The notes under the pieces are model-generated. The model ran no database searches and was not told the origin of the DNA. It saw only the letters and a program-made list of their open reading frames with translations. This document shows, piece after piece, positions 13,901-27,663 of a stretch of DNA of 64,000 nt (positions are counted from its first letter, which is position 1; each line of letters opens with the position of its first letter). Location: positions 114,640,001 through 114,704,000 of the forward strand of contig NC_045696.1 of NCBI RefSeq assembly GCF_009834535.1. The letters are read 5' to 3'. The DNA comes from Camelus ferus. Its lineage: Eukaryota. The translations under genes were made by a program, and so were the position numbers.

Positions 13901-15159
13901 TAAGGGAAGGAATGTAGGTACTTTTAATCTATAATCTCTCAACTTTTAGCCTAATTTATAGTAGCATGACACTCTGCTTCTTTCTTGCTAGGAGCAAGAG
14001 AACTTAATGAGTTGTCTTCGCACTTCAGCCCCTGAATTACAGCATGTTGGAAGGAGGAAGCCGGCCCATGGTCCACAGAGTAACTAACTACAGGGCTGAG
14101 ATTCCTCTTAGCTTCAGCAATGGCAGGGCTCCCTTTTAGAACTGGCATCACCTAGGTATGTTAACTCTAACTTGGATAATTTCTTTCCCTGTGTTGTTAA
14201 GCCTGAAGAACCTCTGGTATCTTGGCAACCAAATCGATACCTCTGTTGTAATTGTTGCTTCAAAGTCTTTAGGAATTACATACTACCTATTTTAAGGATA
14301 TAGATTTTTGATTCATGGGAAAGGTCATCCCTAATTTTATGCATGTACATTTTTCGGTTATTAGTTCTCAATTCTAGGAGGAACTTGTAAAGCGTGACAC
14401 AGTGTGGGGTCTTGTACTGAGAGAAGCTTGCTATTCAGCTTATTGATCTGGGGAGATGCTTCTAGAAACTGGTCATCTGGGCGGCCCTTGCACTTCCTCG
14501 CTCTCCAGGTGACCTGCCTTATGCAGCCTCTGCTAGTTGCATCACCTTCTTGCCTTGAGGGGCTCAGCCTGGTTCTCACCTTCGCATCTGCGCATCACCA
14601 GGGATGAGAGCTCCTGCTGAATTTCTCGCTTCCTGCAGATAACATTTAAGGGGAAAACAAAACAAAGCAAAAACCTCCCTTAGTTTCTGAGACTAGTGTG
14701 TCTTGTAAATGGAGTTCCTGTGCAGTTCCTGTGTTGAGAAGGTTTCACAGACATAGCGCATCTCCTACTTGTCCACTGCCCCTGAGAGGTAAATGAGGCA
14801 TATTGTTTGATTTCTTGCTATTTATATGTTTTCGGAGCTGAGGGACTGGATGTGTAAGAATAGGAAAGTAAACTCCCTTAACGGGCTGTGACAAGTGGAA
14901 GGGGCAGGGGCGGCGTGGATACTTCCTGACCTCCAATCTCCCTGCCCCACCCCATGCCACGGTTGGAGCAGATTTGCACTTTTTAACGCATATTTATAGA
15001 ACACTTCTTAGGCGCTAGGCAAAATACTCAGCGATAGGGCTGCTAAACAGACAACAACAAGCTGTGGTCTTTATCCTCCAGGAGCTCACAGACACACTCA
15101 TCAAATGTGCAGAGGCATTTAAGCTGGAAGTGGAAGACAACACAAAGTTATACTAATAG

Positions 15160-15350
15160 GTACCTTTATAGAATGTTAAATGCATTAATTAGCTCATTAC
15201 AGGATGATAACTCTCCCCTTGGGTAGGTACCTCTATTTCCCACATTTTGTGAGGATGAAGCTGAAGTTCAGAGGGGTCAAGTGACTTTCCCAGGGTAGTA
15301 TAGCTCTTAGCAGAAGAGCTGGGATTTGAACCAATGAAAACCTGACTGAA
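15160..15350 (-). mobile_element. MIR SINE
   Basis: GATGAAGCTGAAGTTCAGAGGGGTCAAGTGACTTTCCCAGGG...GGATTTGAACC. Confidence 0.7.
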
Positions 15351-16449
15351 GCATCAGCGTGCTTAAGTGTTAATGCTGTAACACCCCCTCTCCCCGTACT
15401 ACACAGAACAGCAGCAGCTATGTGTTCTTAAAGAAAAGGACCTGATTAATTCTGTCTGTATGACTGAGGTGTAGAGATGGATTCACAGTGGGGTAAGCAG
15501 AGTTTTGAAGAGTGAATAGTTTTCTCAAGATGATGAGAAAAACAAACATGGGTGGTGATGGTTGTGGGGGTGACACTTTTCAGGATGAGAAGCCATGGAA
15601 TGATTTTTAGAAGAAGAAGAAGCAAATAAGGTTTGGCTTTTCTCTATCACACATTTTCAAGGTCAGGAAGACGCAGGGGATAAAGTTGGAGAGGGAAATG
15701 GGGCTGAATTCTAAAGGGGCTTGGAAGTAATGTGAGATGATTAGAATGTGGATTATGGGGAGAGCATCACTTGGGGTCTAAACCAAGAAAACACAATAGA
15801 CTTTAGGTGTTTCCTTCAGGAGGAAAATCTCTGCTGATAATGGAGGAGTTGAAAACTGAACAAGGAACAGTGAGATGGTCCAGACATTCATCACAGTAGG
15901 GGGTCACGAGTGCCCCAGGGTAGGGGCACAGAGGAGGGTGGTGAGGTAACCGAACCTCAGAACCCAGAATTATTGATGGAAACTGGATCTGTTTGAGCTT
16001 GATCTGTTGGGGAGGGAACAAAGCAGCTGTTGCCAAGATGCTGCTGAGTCATTAGGCAGGGGGTTGGGCAGGGGCTTGGGGGGAGGGGAAAGAGTCCTCC
16101 ATCCTCTGACCAGTGTTCCCCAGTGGAAAAAGAGCGGAAGCCTGTGAGCTGCTTCTGAGGAGTCAGCTCACACAACTACTGCACAGATCAATCAGATCAA
16201 TCATGAATCAAGGGGGTAAAAGACCCAAGATCAGCAAGGTAGGAAGGATTTGACTGCAGGATTGCATCATGGTGGCTACAAGACATGCAGTTGGCTACAA
16301 TATGGAATATAGATTTAGGAAGAGAAAATAATGAAGTCATAGAGATCATCTGGAATGCTGTTGCATTTGGCAGGGCTTCATAAGGACGAGAATTAAATTA
16401 GGGTCTGGAGGAAGGGATGGGCCACTCTCCTCATGACTTCACTGTGGGG

Positions 16450-17322
16450 AAAGATTTCAAAAACAAGACACAAAAGTCACTAACCGTAAGTGAAAAAGAT
16501 GCTAAGTATAATTCCATTAAAATGGAACATCCCATTTCTCAAAAGACAATGTAAAAAACTGCAGATGCAAGTTTTAATCTGGCAGAAGATATTTCCAACA
16601 CATATAAACAATGACTCATTAATTTTGAGAAAAATATTGCTACAGATCAATAAGAAAAAATGAAAAACAACTAAATAAGAAAAATGGCCAATTGCATTTC
16701 ATGAATTGCTTGAAAAAAAAGGCATGAATTGCATTTCACAGAAGAGAACGTCTGACTGGCTAATAAACATATAAAGAGATGCTCAATATCAGTAAACAGG
16801 GAAATGTAAGTTAAAGCCACACTGTGATACAATGCCCACTAACCAGAATGACAAAGTTTTAAAAGTCAGATGACACCAAGAGCAGTGAGGATACTGAGAA
16901 ACTGAAAGTCTTAATTACTGATTCTACAAGCGTACATGCTCAATACAACTTAGGAAAGGATTGTGATATTTTCTTGCACATGCTCAAAAGACATTCTTGT
17001 AAATGTGAAACAATGGATCTGTAAAGGAGTGACCATTGTTTCTAATAGTAAAATGAAAAGCAGTAAAACAGTAAAAACAATCTGAAGTTACTTAAAAGTC
17101 TATTCTTTGATGAATGAATGCATGTCATGTGTGTACAATGTAATTATATACAACAGAGAAAATGAGCTGGAGTTCACCTGCAAGCATGATTGAATCTTGA
17201 AAATACAAAGTTGGATAAATATATTCATCATAGAAATATATATACAATATGATACCATTTATAAAGTCCACAATATACAAAACTTAACATACTGTGAACA
17301 TATATGTATGCATGTATGTACG

Positions 17323-17362
<40 letters not shown>

Positions 17363-17550
17363 AATACATACTCCAAGGGCAAAAAGTTAGACCCACAGCC
17401 TGTGGGAAGGAACACAGGAGGCACTTCATAATTTGTTTCTTAAGGTGCATGGTGGGAACATAGCTGTTTGCTATAAAATTAAGTATTCCTTATTCTTTTT
17501 TATTTATTACAATATATCATAATAAATGTAAGCTAAAAAATAAAGAAAGG
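16450..17550 (+). mobile_element. Ancient L1 (L1ME-like) 3' fragment with an internal (TG)n
   Basis: AATAAACATATAAAGAGATGCTCAA and other L1 ORF2/3'UTR motifs, heavily diverged. Confidence 0.7.
17326..17358. repeat. (TG)n microsatellite
   Basis: Direct reading. Confidence 0.95.
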
Positions 17551-17776
17551 TTAAAGCAGGAATTACAATAGAATCAGTGTCACAGAGGACCAGGAGTGAC
17601 AGGAGACGATATCTTAGGCCATTTCACACTGACAGAGATGGCACCATTCTAGCCTTTAAGAAAATAATAATTTACCCCCACCAAGTCATAAATTTCCCAG
17701 TTAAAAAATAAGCGTCTTGAGGAGAGGTATGACACCTTTCATCTTTTTGTTCCCCAAGCTAACAAAGCCTTGGTGC

Positions 17777-18497
17777 TATTACCAAACCAAACTTGGGTCA
17801 CATGCAGTAAAGCCAATCTACTGATACTGGGCTGTAGTGAAGGAGAGTACAGTGTTTACTGCAGGGCTCCAAGCAAGGAGAACAATCAGCTCGTGCTCAA
17901 AAGACCTGAACTCCCCAATGGCTTTCAGGGAAGGGGCTTTAAAGGCTGTGTGAGGGAGGGGGCTGCAGGTTGTGTCATCAGCTCATGTATGGTTAGTTCT
18001 CAGATTGGTTGGCATCAGGGTGAGATTTCAAGCATCATCAAACTTCTGGTTTCAATCAGGTCTAGAGTCTATGTGCTTGCAGTCAGCAGTTGTCATCTGG
18101 TGGGGGTTTCACTTCCTCTAAAAACAACTTAGGAATATGTGTCAAGATTTATCCATATCTTTCAGGGAACTGGAAGCTCAGTGATACTGCTATGTGGTGG
18201 GTTTATAGTCTAAATTGTAACCAGTTTTCCAGCCCAACAGCTATTCTTTGTTTCTAGGTCTTCACATTTCCTAATCATTCATTCTTGAAACAGACTCAAG
18301 GGAGGCCTTGGAGACTAAAGCAAAGCCTTTTACTCCTAAGGACAGGAATACAGGGGCTTGTATACAGTTTCAATCCCCTCTTATCTTTGGTACTTCTCAA
18401 TCTTGAGGGGAACAGGTTCAGACAAAGAACGGGAGAAAAGTTTTAGAAAGAGAGGTTAATCATGAACTCAGCTCAGTTTTAGGGGGACTCAGTTGCA
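17777..18497 (-). mobile_element. ERV1-class LTR (~17777-18372) plus adjoining PPT-like and LTR-derived segment
   Basis: Starts TATTACCAAACCAAACTTGGGTC (degenerate TG terminus) and reaches ...AGTTTCA at 18372. It is followed by ATCCCCTCTTATCTTT, the reverse complement of a polypurine tract. Confidence 0.75.
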
Positions 18498-19527
18498 CAT
18501 ATGTGTATGGATGAGAATGATGATATGCTGAAGGGCAATTAATTAGGCCCTCTCCCACCTGCCTCCTTTCCCATTTCATGATTAGGGGGGGAAAATCTCC
18601 CTAATGGATAGAAAGAACATCAGAAGATTGAACTGGCTCTGTTTTTAGACAGCTAACCTTCAATAAGTCACTTGGCTTCTCTGGATAACCTGTTTCCCTA
18701 ATAGCTGAGTGAAGAGTTTGGACCTTCAAAAGTTCCCTCCCAGCTTTAAAATTCGAAGGTCAGTGATGTCATTGTAGGGATAGATTCATCATCTGCAGAC
18801 CTTTCCACTTTTGTGCACATAGATTGTTGTTTCTGCGCCTGAATTCCCTAGTTACAACTTGTCTTCTATGAATAACTGATGGAAGAGGGTTTTTATTTTA
18901 TGTGAAGCAACTTATTTCTGATTGCTGTACATCAAAATGATGGGTCTGCCATAATTTCGCAGCTGTCAACTTGAACGTTTTTAGGACTTTGTGTGTGCCC
19001 TTGAAGTGCTTCATCTACCTAGTTGGTGTTGTACACAAAAAATAGAGAACACATGGTCCTTGCTTAAGAGTTTAGGGCACTTGATTTTGCTTGGCATTTA
19101 AGCATTGACTTTTAAACCACATGTTTAGTTGGCAAAATTATTTTTTAAGTGCATTTTATTGGAATCTTGCAGATATCACCTACAAATCCAGTTCATTTTT
19201 GTTTCTGTCTGACGCCAAAAGGCAAAATGATCCAACAACTCCATTTTTATGCATTCACACTGGTATTCATTTCTAAATAACACTAACAATAATTTTAACT
19301 GCACCTATTTTGGGGACATGATCCTGATATCTATAATTGTTGCTGTAAGTCATAAGGATAAGCTTCTTCTTGCAAAAATCTATTTCTTCTTTCAGCATAT
19401 TTATTTTCAGAAATATTTTAAGTGAACAGTGAAATATATGGTCCTAATGGGGATATTAGCAGCATCAGTGTTAGAAAAGGGACCTCTTTAGCATCAAATA
19501 CTGTTAAGTTCAAGAGATTGTGGTTGG

Positions 19528-20024
19528 GAACTCAATAACAACATCATCAACAACAAAAATTCCAATCAAAAATGGGCAGGGGAACTAAACAAACATTTCC
19601 CCATGAAGACATAACAAATGGCCAATAGGCACATGAAAAAATGCTCAAAGTCATTAATTATAAGAGGCTTACAAATCAAAACTACAATGAGGTACCATCT
19701 CACACCAGTCAGAATGGCCATCATTAAAAAGTCCACAAATGATAAATGCTGGAGAGGGTGTGGAGAAAAGGGAACCCTCCTACACTGCTGGTGGGAATGT
19801 AGTTTGGTGCTGCCATTATGGAAAATAGTACGGAGATTCCTCAAAAGACTGAAAATAGACTTACCCTATGTTCCAGCAACCCTGTTTCTGGGGATATATA
19901 CAGAGGAAACTCTAATTCAAAAAGATGTATCCCAATGTTCACAGCAGCACTGTTTACAATAAGACATAGAAGCAACCTAAATGTCCATTGGTAGATGATT
20001 GTATAAAGAAGTGGTGGTGTACAC

Positions 20025-20055
<31 letters not shown>

Positions 20056-20535
20056 GTGGAATACTTCTCAACCATTTGCAGCAACATGGATGGACCTGGA
20101 TATAACCATACTAAGGGAAGTAATTCAGACAGAGAAAGAAATATACCATATGATATCACTTATATGTGGAATCTAAAAAAATGACACAAAAGAACTTGTT
20201 TACAAAACAAAAATAGACTCACAGACATAGAAGATAAAGCAAATGTATGTTACTGGGGGGAATGGGGTAGTGGAGGGATAAATTGGGAGTTTGGGATTTG
20301 AAGATACTAACTATTATATATAAAATAGACAAACAACAAGGTCCTACTGTATAGCACAGGGAACTGTATTCAATATCTTGTAATAGCCTATAATGAAAAA
20401 CAATATGAAAAGAAATATATATATATATATATGTATGTATGTATGTATGTATAACTGAATCACTATGCTGTACACAAGAAACTAACACAACATTGCAAGC
20501 CAACTATACTTCAATAAGAAAAATTTTTTTAAAAG
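19528..20535 (+). mobile_element. 5'-truncated L1 with ORF2 C-terminal zinc-knuckle remnant and 16-bp TSD
   Basis: ORF 19618-19962 encodes [18 protein letters not shown] (L1 ORF2 CCHC domain). TSD AAGAGATTGTGGTTGG (19512-19527) / AAAAGATTGTGGGTGG (20536-20551). Confidence 0.95.
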
Positions 20536-21599
20536 AAAAGATTGTGGGTGGTGGTGCTGCCGTGGCTCCTGTGTGAGCTTTTTTAGTTGACCTCTTGCTT
20601 TTTAGGGCTGCTAGTCTCTTGCTCACACCTTCTGTTAAGCTAAGGAGTCCTGTTATCCATTGTCTTCATTTTAACCTTTATTCTTTATTTAGAAACTAGT
20701 AAAATTATATGCACTTTTTCATTTCTGAACGTAAAGCTCCTCTAATGTTTGTGGGCGTGGTTCTGGAAGACTGGGTCCAGCTTTCAGGTTGGTGTCGGTT
20801 TCCAGGTGTGCATCCTCACATTACCTGTTTTGCTTACAGGATTCCAATATGGTAACACTTGTAGATCTGTTCCCTATTGGTAGTACATAATTATCCCTTC
20901 CATATGAAAACAAGTGGTTTTGTTTTGCTTTTGCCAAATCGTGTGTGCAGAGTGGTCTGCCATCAGTTCTAGATTAGTATCCAGCCCTGTAAAAATGATC
21001 AGAAGATTTGTATGTGTGAGATTATATGTTGTTTCAAAAAAAGCTGTTGGGATTAAGAGCTAGGAATGTATTTCATTCAAGGACCGTCCAGTCAATACCT
21101 ATCCAGTGTCAGCTGCTATGAGCATTTGAAAACTGGGAGCAGCAATACAAGAGTTGCCAAAACTTTTCTCCAATTAGCTCAGGAGTCAGAAATAAAGATT
21201 CTTTCTTCTCTGAAAGTACTCTTAGCAGTCAGGATTTTTATTCCAAAGTAAGTACCCAGAAATATTGAGGGACAATCATTCTCACGGGACAATTTTATCA
21301 AAGAAAAACATTGAGGAGAAGCCAAGTTAACCCACCAGGACGGGTTCTCTAATGGCTTGAACCAGGTTCTAGAAGAGTGATGATCCAAGTGGGAGCTGTG
21401 AATAGGAAGTCCTGAGATATGTTAGCACGCTGGAAAAGAGCGTTCAGAGGCTGGGCTGCATTACCATGAGCAACTAGGAGGAAGTACAACGCTGCTCTTA
21501 CAGCTAAAGGAGGAATTTGTATTTAGTTCTTAAATGTTCAAAACTGGCATTGCTTCAAAGCCCAGAGACGGTTGCAAGAATAAGGAGGTTGACAGCTGA

Positions 21600-21805
21600 A
21601 GTTATAGTACCTGGGCTCACACCTCAGCTCTGTGACCTTGAGCAAAGTATATTACTTCTTTATATCTCAGTTTCTTTAAAGAGAAATAATTGTAGTGCTT
21701 ATCTCCCAGGGTTATTATGGTAGAAAATGAGATAATGCACATAAAGCACCGCATATTGTGTCAAATAGAGTCAACATGCATCGAGTGCTAGTCATTATTA
21801 TTATC
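21600..21805 (+). mobile_element. MIR SINE
   Basis: TGTGACCTTGAGCAA...CTCAGTTTC...AAATGAGATAATGCACATAAAGCAC. Confidence 0.75.
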
Positions 21806-22194
21806 CATAACATACTTCAATTTTAGTCAGTTAGAACATACAGTCTTAGACTTGGAGGAGACCCAGTGTAGAAATTCTCTCTACTGTATTGTTGAGAAAT
21901 AGTTATATGGTCATAGTGTGCTCAGTACTCCAAAAGCATTTGATTTCCTTTAGAACAGTTTTAATCATTAGAAAATTCTTTCTTGTTGTGTCAACGTCTG
22001 TGATGTCTAACTTCCACCTATTATTTCTGCTTCACGGAGCTTCACATAACATTTGCACTTTCTTCCACATGGCAGAATTTCACATACAGTATTTAAAGGC
22101 AGATACCTCTTTTCCATATGTTTTCTCGCTTCCAGGATAAAGCTTCTCAGTTGTTGGGTTTATGTTATAATCCTCCATTTTTAGGAGAACACTG

Positions 22195-22632
22195 TGGTCT
22201 AGGTAACCAAATACCACTTCTCAATTCCTTTCTCCCCTACCTGCCTCCAAAATAAAGTCTGAAAGGCAGCTAAGGGTAGCCATGACACTCAATTTTGGCC
22301 AATGAGATGCTCAGAGGACTCAGCTGGAAACTTTCTAGGAAAGCATTTAGTTTCCTAGTAAGAGTGATGTTTGCAACTAGTACTGTCCCTTCTCCTTTAA
22401 TTTCGTTCCTTCCTGACTTGAGTGAGAATATGATGACTGGGGCTATGGCAACTATATTGCAACCTTGAGATGAAAACATGAGGGTCCAAAATTCAGCAAA
22501 CTAAGGTGACAGGAGTGGAATAATCCAAAAGAGCCTAAGACTTAAGGGACCATGACTGGCACTTGAACCAGTGCTTGTAATCAACTATCTGTCTTTCTGT
22601 GCATCAGAAAATAAGTGCTTATGTACTTGAAG
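22195..22632 (+). mobile_element. MLT1J-like MaLR LTR
   Basis: TTTTGGCCAATGAGATG and TATGATGACTGGGGCTATGGCAACTATATTGCAACC motifs. Confidence 0.6.
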
Positions 22633-22633
22633 C

Positions 22634-22815
22634 CAGTGATTCTCACACTTTGTGTCCATCAGAATCTTGTTGAAACAAAGAGTTCTGGGCCCTAACTCTG
22701 CAGCTTCGGATTCTATAGGTCTGGAAAGGGGCTCGAGAATTCGCCCTTCTAGCAAGTTCTCAGGTGATGCTGATGTGGTGGTGATGGTGTAGGGAGCACA
22801 CTTTGAGAACTGGTG
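22634..22815. mobile_element. MER5A hAT-Charlie MITE
   Basis: TIRs CAGTGATTCTCA...TTTGAGAACTGGTG and core CAGGTGATGCTGATG. Confidence 0.8.
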
Positions 22816-23562
22816 TAAACCACTGTTAAGCTGACTTTCTTTCCTTTGTAGCTTATGACCTTCTTTAGTTAATATAAGCAAAATTCAATATTTAATTTTG
22901 AATTGTTATTAAAGTGTTTCATCAACTTTCAGAAAAGGATTTCTGAACCTCTTTTCCCCTCTAAAGAGTTCCTGTATCAGACTGTCTGCTCTTCCATACC
23001 AGCTAGCATAGTTACCTGAGTTGCTTTTTAGCAAATCAATCATCAGTCTATGGGACTTTTAGTGAAATTTTACTACGTGCAGAGCATTGTGGTGATTCAA
23101 GGAAGAATGAGATACTGTCACTGTCCCCAAAGAGTTTACAATCTAGATAGGAGGTGGCATACAAATATACAAGAAAGACCACTTTCCATCCTTATCAGAT
23201 ATTACCATTTCCAAAGAATTTTCAAATATCTTAGCATAGCCAATACTTAAGATAATGTGAAGTAGACACATTATTACTCATTTTACAGAAAAGCTAATAG
23301 CCACTTGGTTAAGCAATGAATTTAGAGAAAGCCAAAACTAACCAAGAGCAAAATCAGATCTAGGAATTTTAACCCTTAACTCAGTGCACAACACATCAGA
23401 CAAATGTTTGTAGTTAACCTTTACCATTCCCATCACCTCCCTTTTCAGGACAATATAAAGATAAATTTAGCTTTACTGTTTTATAATACTTTGTGGTCAT
23501 GCATTGACTCTCACCCTGCCTGAATAACAACTGGCTGTTTGAAAATTATCTCTAAGAACCTC

Positions 23563-24090
23563 TTTTTTTTTTTTATTGAGTTGTAGTCAGTTTACAATGT
23601 TGTGTCAATTTCTGGGGTACAGCACAGTTTTTCAGTCATGCATGAATATACATATATTCATTTTCATATTCTTTTTCACCATGAGCTACTACAAGATATT
23701 GAATATATTTCCCTGTGCTGTACAGTATAAACTTGTTTATCTATTCAATATATACCCATCAATACCTACAAATCTCGAACTCCCAGTCTGTCCCTTCTCA
23801 CCTCCCTCCCACCTGGCAACCACAAGTTTGTATTCTATGTCTGTGAGTCTGTTTCTGTTTTATATTTAAGTTCATTTGTCTTTTTTTTTTTTTTTTTAGA
23901 TTCGACATATGAGTGATATCGTATGGTATTTTTCTTTCTCTTTCTGGCTTACTTCACTTAGAATGACATTCTCCAGGGACATCCATGTTGCAGCAAATGG
24001 CATTATGTTGTCATTTTTATGGCTGAATAGTACTCCATTTAATAAATATACCTCAACTTCTTTATCCAGTCATCTGTCAATGGACATTTT
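23563..24090 (-). mobile_element. 5'-truncated L1 3'UTR (camelid-type, relatively young)
   Basis: Poly(T), then ATTGAGTTGTAGTCAGTTTACAATGTTGTG...CATCCATGTTGCAGCAAATGGC...TGGACATTT. Confidence 0.9.
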
Positions 24091-26339
24091 AAAAATAATT
24101 TTTCAACAGATGAGAGGTGTTCAGGGCTTCTGGGTACCATTGTAAATATGCACCAAGGTGGCCAGTGGAGACTGAAATCCCAGACATGGCAAGAGATTAC
24201 CTTCCTCCAGAAGGACATCTTTCACCAATTTCAGGAGGGAGTCAGAGCCCACCAGCTACTTGCCTCCCACAGTGCCATGAAAACTTCAAAACCTTCCCCT
24301 GAAGCCAGGTGCCATCTGGGAAGGAATATGGAACAGGAAGGCAGTTTGAGAGGAAAATCAACCTCATAGAAAATTTGAACTTTGAGTCGACTAGTTACTC
24401 AAAAGAGATTATTTGAAACTAAAAGAGACTAAGTTAACTTTGATTTTAAATTTAAGTCTTTCACCCTCTTCTCTGCTGCCCCCCTTCCCCCCACATTCCA
24501 TAAGCAGGGGTGAGGACTCATCAGGAAGTTGTTGGATTTCAATGAAGAGATGAGCTACTTTTTTGTGTCTGTTTTACACATCTTAATTATGGGGTATGAA
24601 TTTCAATCTCACCACATATATAAAATTTGCCATCTCTTCCAAAGGCTAGGAATTCATCCTAATAGGAATTTATACATGATACCACCCAGCAAGGACAGAG
24701 TAAAGTATAAGTTCTTGCCCTGGAATTGCTTACAATCGAAAACAGAGAAAACTAACATCAATATAAACATTTTTGGTATAAGTAAAGTGACTCTAAATTC
24801 ATTCATAGTTAGGGAATATTATTCATTTGCACAATTAAATTGTATGCAATCTTTTCCTTAATCATCTTTCTCTATTTTAGACATATTAAAATTCATGAGA
24901 TATAACAATAAATACAATAAAACTTTCCAGTTTTAAAGAATTTTAGTTAGTATACTATAAATAAGTATGCATTGAGAGCCCTGCAGAAAAGAGATGTAAA
25001 TAGAACTGTCTTTTTAAAAGTATGCTATTTTAGAAAAAAAAAAAAAGAAAAAAGTAAACTTCATTTCTGTTCAGGGCTGGAATTCTAATTGAATTCCAGC
25101 TATTGCCTATATGGTATAATTTGCATAGTAATATTTTTTCTCTCTCTGATTATTAAAATTCAACCATTAGTGATTCATTCTCTAGGTACAAGCATTGTGG
25201 TCTTTCTGTAGGCCTTTTAAAATGCAAATGCACATGGAAGAGTGCAACCAAATTAAGTTCTTTACAATTTAGAGTGGCTGCAAATATCAGATGGATTCTT
25301 TCCTCAGCATAGGAACACAAATGTTTTTAAGTGTTTGGAATGAAATATACAAAGTCAGAGATTAAAAGTTGTAGGGGGGAAGGCAAATTTTCAGAAAAGC
25401 AAGTGGAGAGACATGTGGGGCTAAAAGCCAATGTCCTGTACTTCACAAGTATGGCTCCAGCCATTTCTATTTTATTATTCTATATGTGTGTGGATGCTAC
25501 TGTAATGACCACCCTGTCTCTTGAACTTAATAAAAGATCACATTCTGATAGGTACATGCTGACCCTGTCAGACACTTGGAAATTGGATTCCTCCATTGTC
25601 CCTCTGCTTCAAATCTACAGATGACAAGAGGAGAGAAAAGGAGTGAACAGGTGTTCGCATACAAATCCTAGGTTTTGGAGGCCAAGACTTGGGGCCAATG
25701 TTTTCTGTTGATATGTCCTTGGCCAAAAATAACCATAAGGCTTCTTCTAGATGCCAGGGGGCTGGAGAAAATAGTTATTCTATCTTCCCAGGAGGAAAAG
25801 TAGATGGTTTGCTTAATATAACAGCAGTTTTTTTTGCCACTGTTAAGTTTTGAAATTAGTAATAGGAAGAACCATCTTAAACGCAAAAAGTTTTTAACAT
25901 TTGAAGTAGAACAGACATTTTCCTGGTACGAGGTATGATTTCCCAGGTAGGGGCAAGCCACTTAATAGTCATAGATAACATTCCTCATCTATAAGTGAGC
26001 TGCTGATTGAGGTCCTGCTATACCAGATATGTAAAATCACCACTGTTGTAACAACTGTTGACTATGTACTGTGTATGAGACTCTGTGTTGCCTATGATAA
26101 AAAAAATACAATGAAGTATAGAAAATGTATTAAGAACCATCTTATCTGATGTGATCAGGGTCAATAGATCAATTAAAAGTCAGTTAAAATCAGGCATATA
26201 TAACAAACATTTTTATTTCTAGCTTAACACACATGAATGTGCTTTCATTCACCAACTATTTCATGCAGGGCAATGATCTTCCTTTCAGTATGGGTGTGCG
26301 TTGTCACCTAATTGCATAATCCACGATGCATAACCTACC

Positions 26340-26855
26340 TGGAAGACACAGTGTTGGTTTCCTGTCTAACAGCTACTCCCTTCTTCCATGCTTCCAACTG
26401 CTTTTTCTTTTTTATCCCTAGTGCCCTCCCCTTGGAGTGGACTGGGTGATTCTCTGCCTTTTCTGTGAGTGATGTTAGGTATATTGCCTGCTCCTTGCCA
26501 ATGAGACACAAAAGAAACCTAGAGGGCTTCTTTGAAAGATGCCTGTGTTCTTAAAAGGCCATGCACAAGTGATCCAAAAGACTCTTTTGGGCCATTGGCT
26601 ATTGACCTATGAGGATGAGATGCCTTGAGCTGCTGCTGCCATCTTGATACCCTGAAGGAAGGTTGTCAACAAAGTATAAAAATGGTTGGACAGAAAGGTG
26701 GAAATAAGTTATAATGACTTACGTTGCCGTATGGAACAACCCTGAAACTTTTCTAAGTCAGGACTTCTAGCTAACTGGAATAATAATTCCACCATCCTTA
26801 TGACTTTTCAAGTAGAATTTCTGTGATTTCCAGCCAAAAGCATTTTAATTAAAAC
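26340..26855 (+). mobile_element. Old MLT1 (J/K-like) MaLR LTR
   Basis: GATGAGATGCCTTGAGCTGCTGCTGCCATCTTG and the terminal CAGCCAAAAGCATTTTAATT. Confidence 0.55.
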
Positions 26856-27149
26856 TCCACAATTTCCAGTTTGAGTTGTCTCTGGCAATGAGACATTAAA
26901 GACATTTATAAAGACACTGTATGGGAACTATCCTTTCAGGTTGTTATCATTTCTCCAATCTTTCACAACTGTCTCACTGACAGTTAATTCAAGAGCACAA
27001 TTTTGGTTTGTTTTTTAGCGGCCTTTTTTTTTTGGTTTTTTTGAAAATTTCAAAGCATTACATTTAATTTTCATAGAGGCAAGATGACTTTTTCACACTT
27101 GTGTTTCATCAGTTTGTGCTTTTTTTTTTATCTAAAATGCATAATCGCA

Positions 27150-27385
27150 ATCATTGACCTTGAACAATGCAGGGAATTGAATTGTGACCCTCTGCAAAGT
27201 CAAATTATAGTCAACCCTCCATACACGGGGTTCCTGCACATCTCTAGTTCCTCTGTATTCGCAGTTCCATGTCTTTGGATTCAACTAATTGCTAGTTCAT
27301 ATAGTACTGTAATATTTATTATGGAAAAAAATCTGCATACAAACAGACCTGCACACTTCAAACCTGTGTTTCCAAAGGCCAACCG
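27150..27385. mobile_element. Tigger2/MER8-like MITE
   Basis: Degenerate TIR TTGACCTTGAACAA...TTTCCAAAGGCCAACCG, paralogous to 31940-32155. Confidence 0.75.
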
Positions 27386-27582
27386 AAATTAAGGATAACA
27401 AAACCGGCTGAATCACAGTAAATATTCCACATAACTCACAGGGATTGCAGGCACACTAAAAAGTAGCCTTTGGCCAGCTGAGAGCTTTCAGAGATGGGGG
27501 GCATCTGATAGGACTGGAGACTGAAGGCTATCAATTAATTTATTAGTCCCATTGATTGGATGGCAATCAGTCAAGATCTATG

Positions 27583-27663
27583 TATGAAGTTGAGCAATGT
27601 GCAATTACCGATTTTATTTCTCAAAATGGTTAAATACTAGCAATTTCATATGATTCAACCTAA
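27583..27663. mobile_element. MADE2-like mariner MITE (~80 bp)
   Basis: Right TIR GCAATTTCATATGATTCAACCTAA and degenerate left TIR TGAAGTTGAGCAATGTGCAATTACCG. Confidence 0.65.

Noticed and set aside
19618..19962. 114-aa ORF with a CCHC motif
   Set aside because: It is the C-terminus of L1 ORF2 in a 5'-truncated copy, not a host gene.
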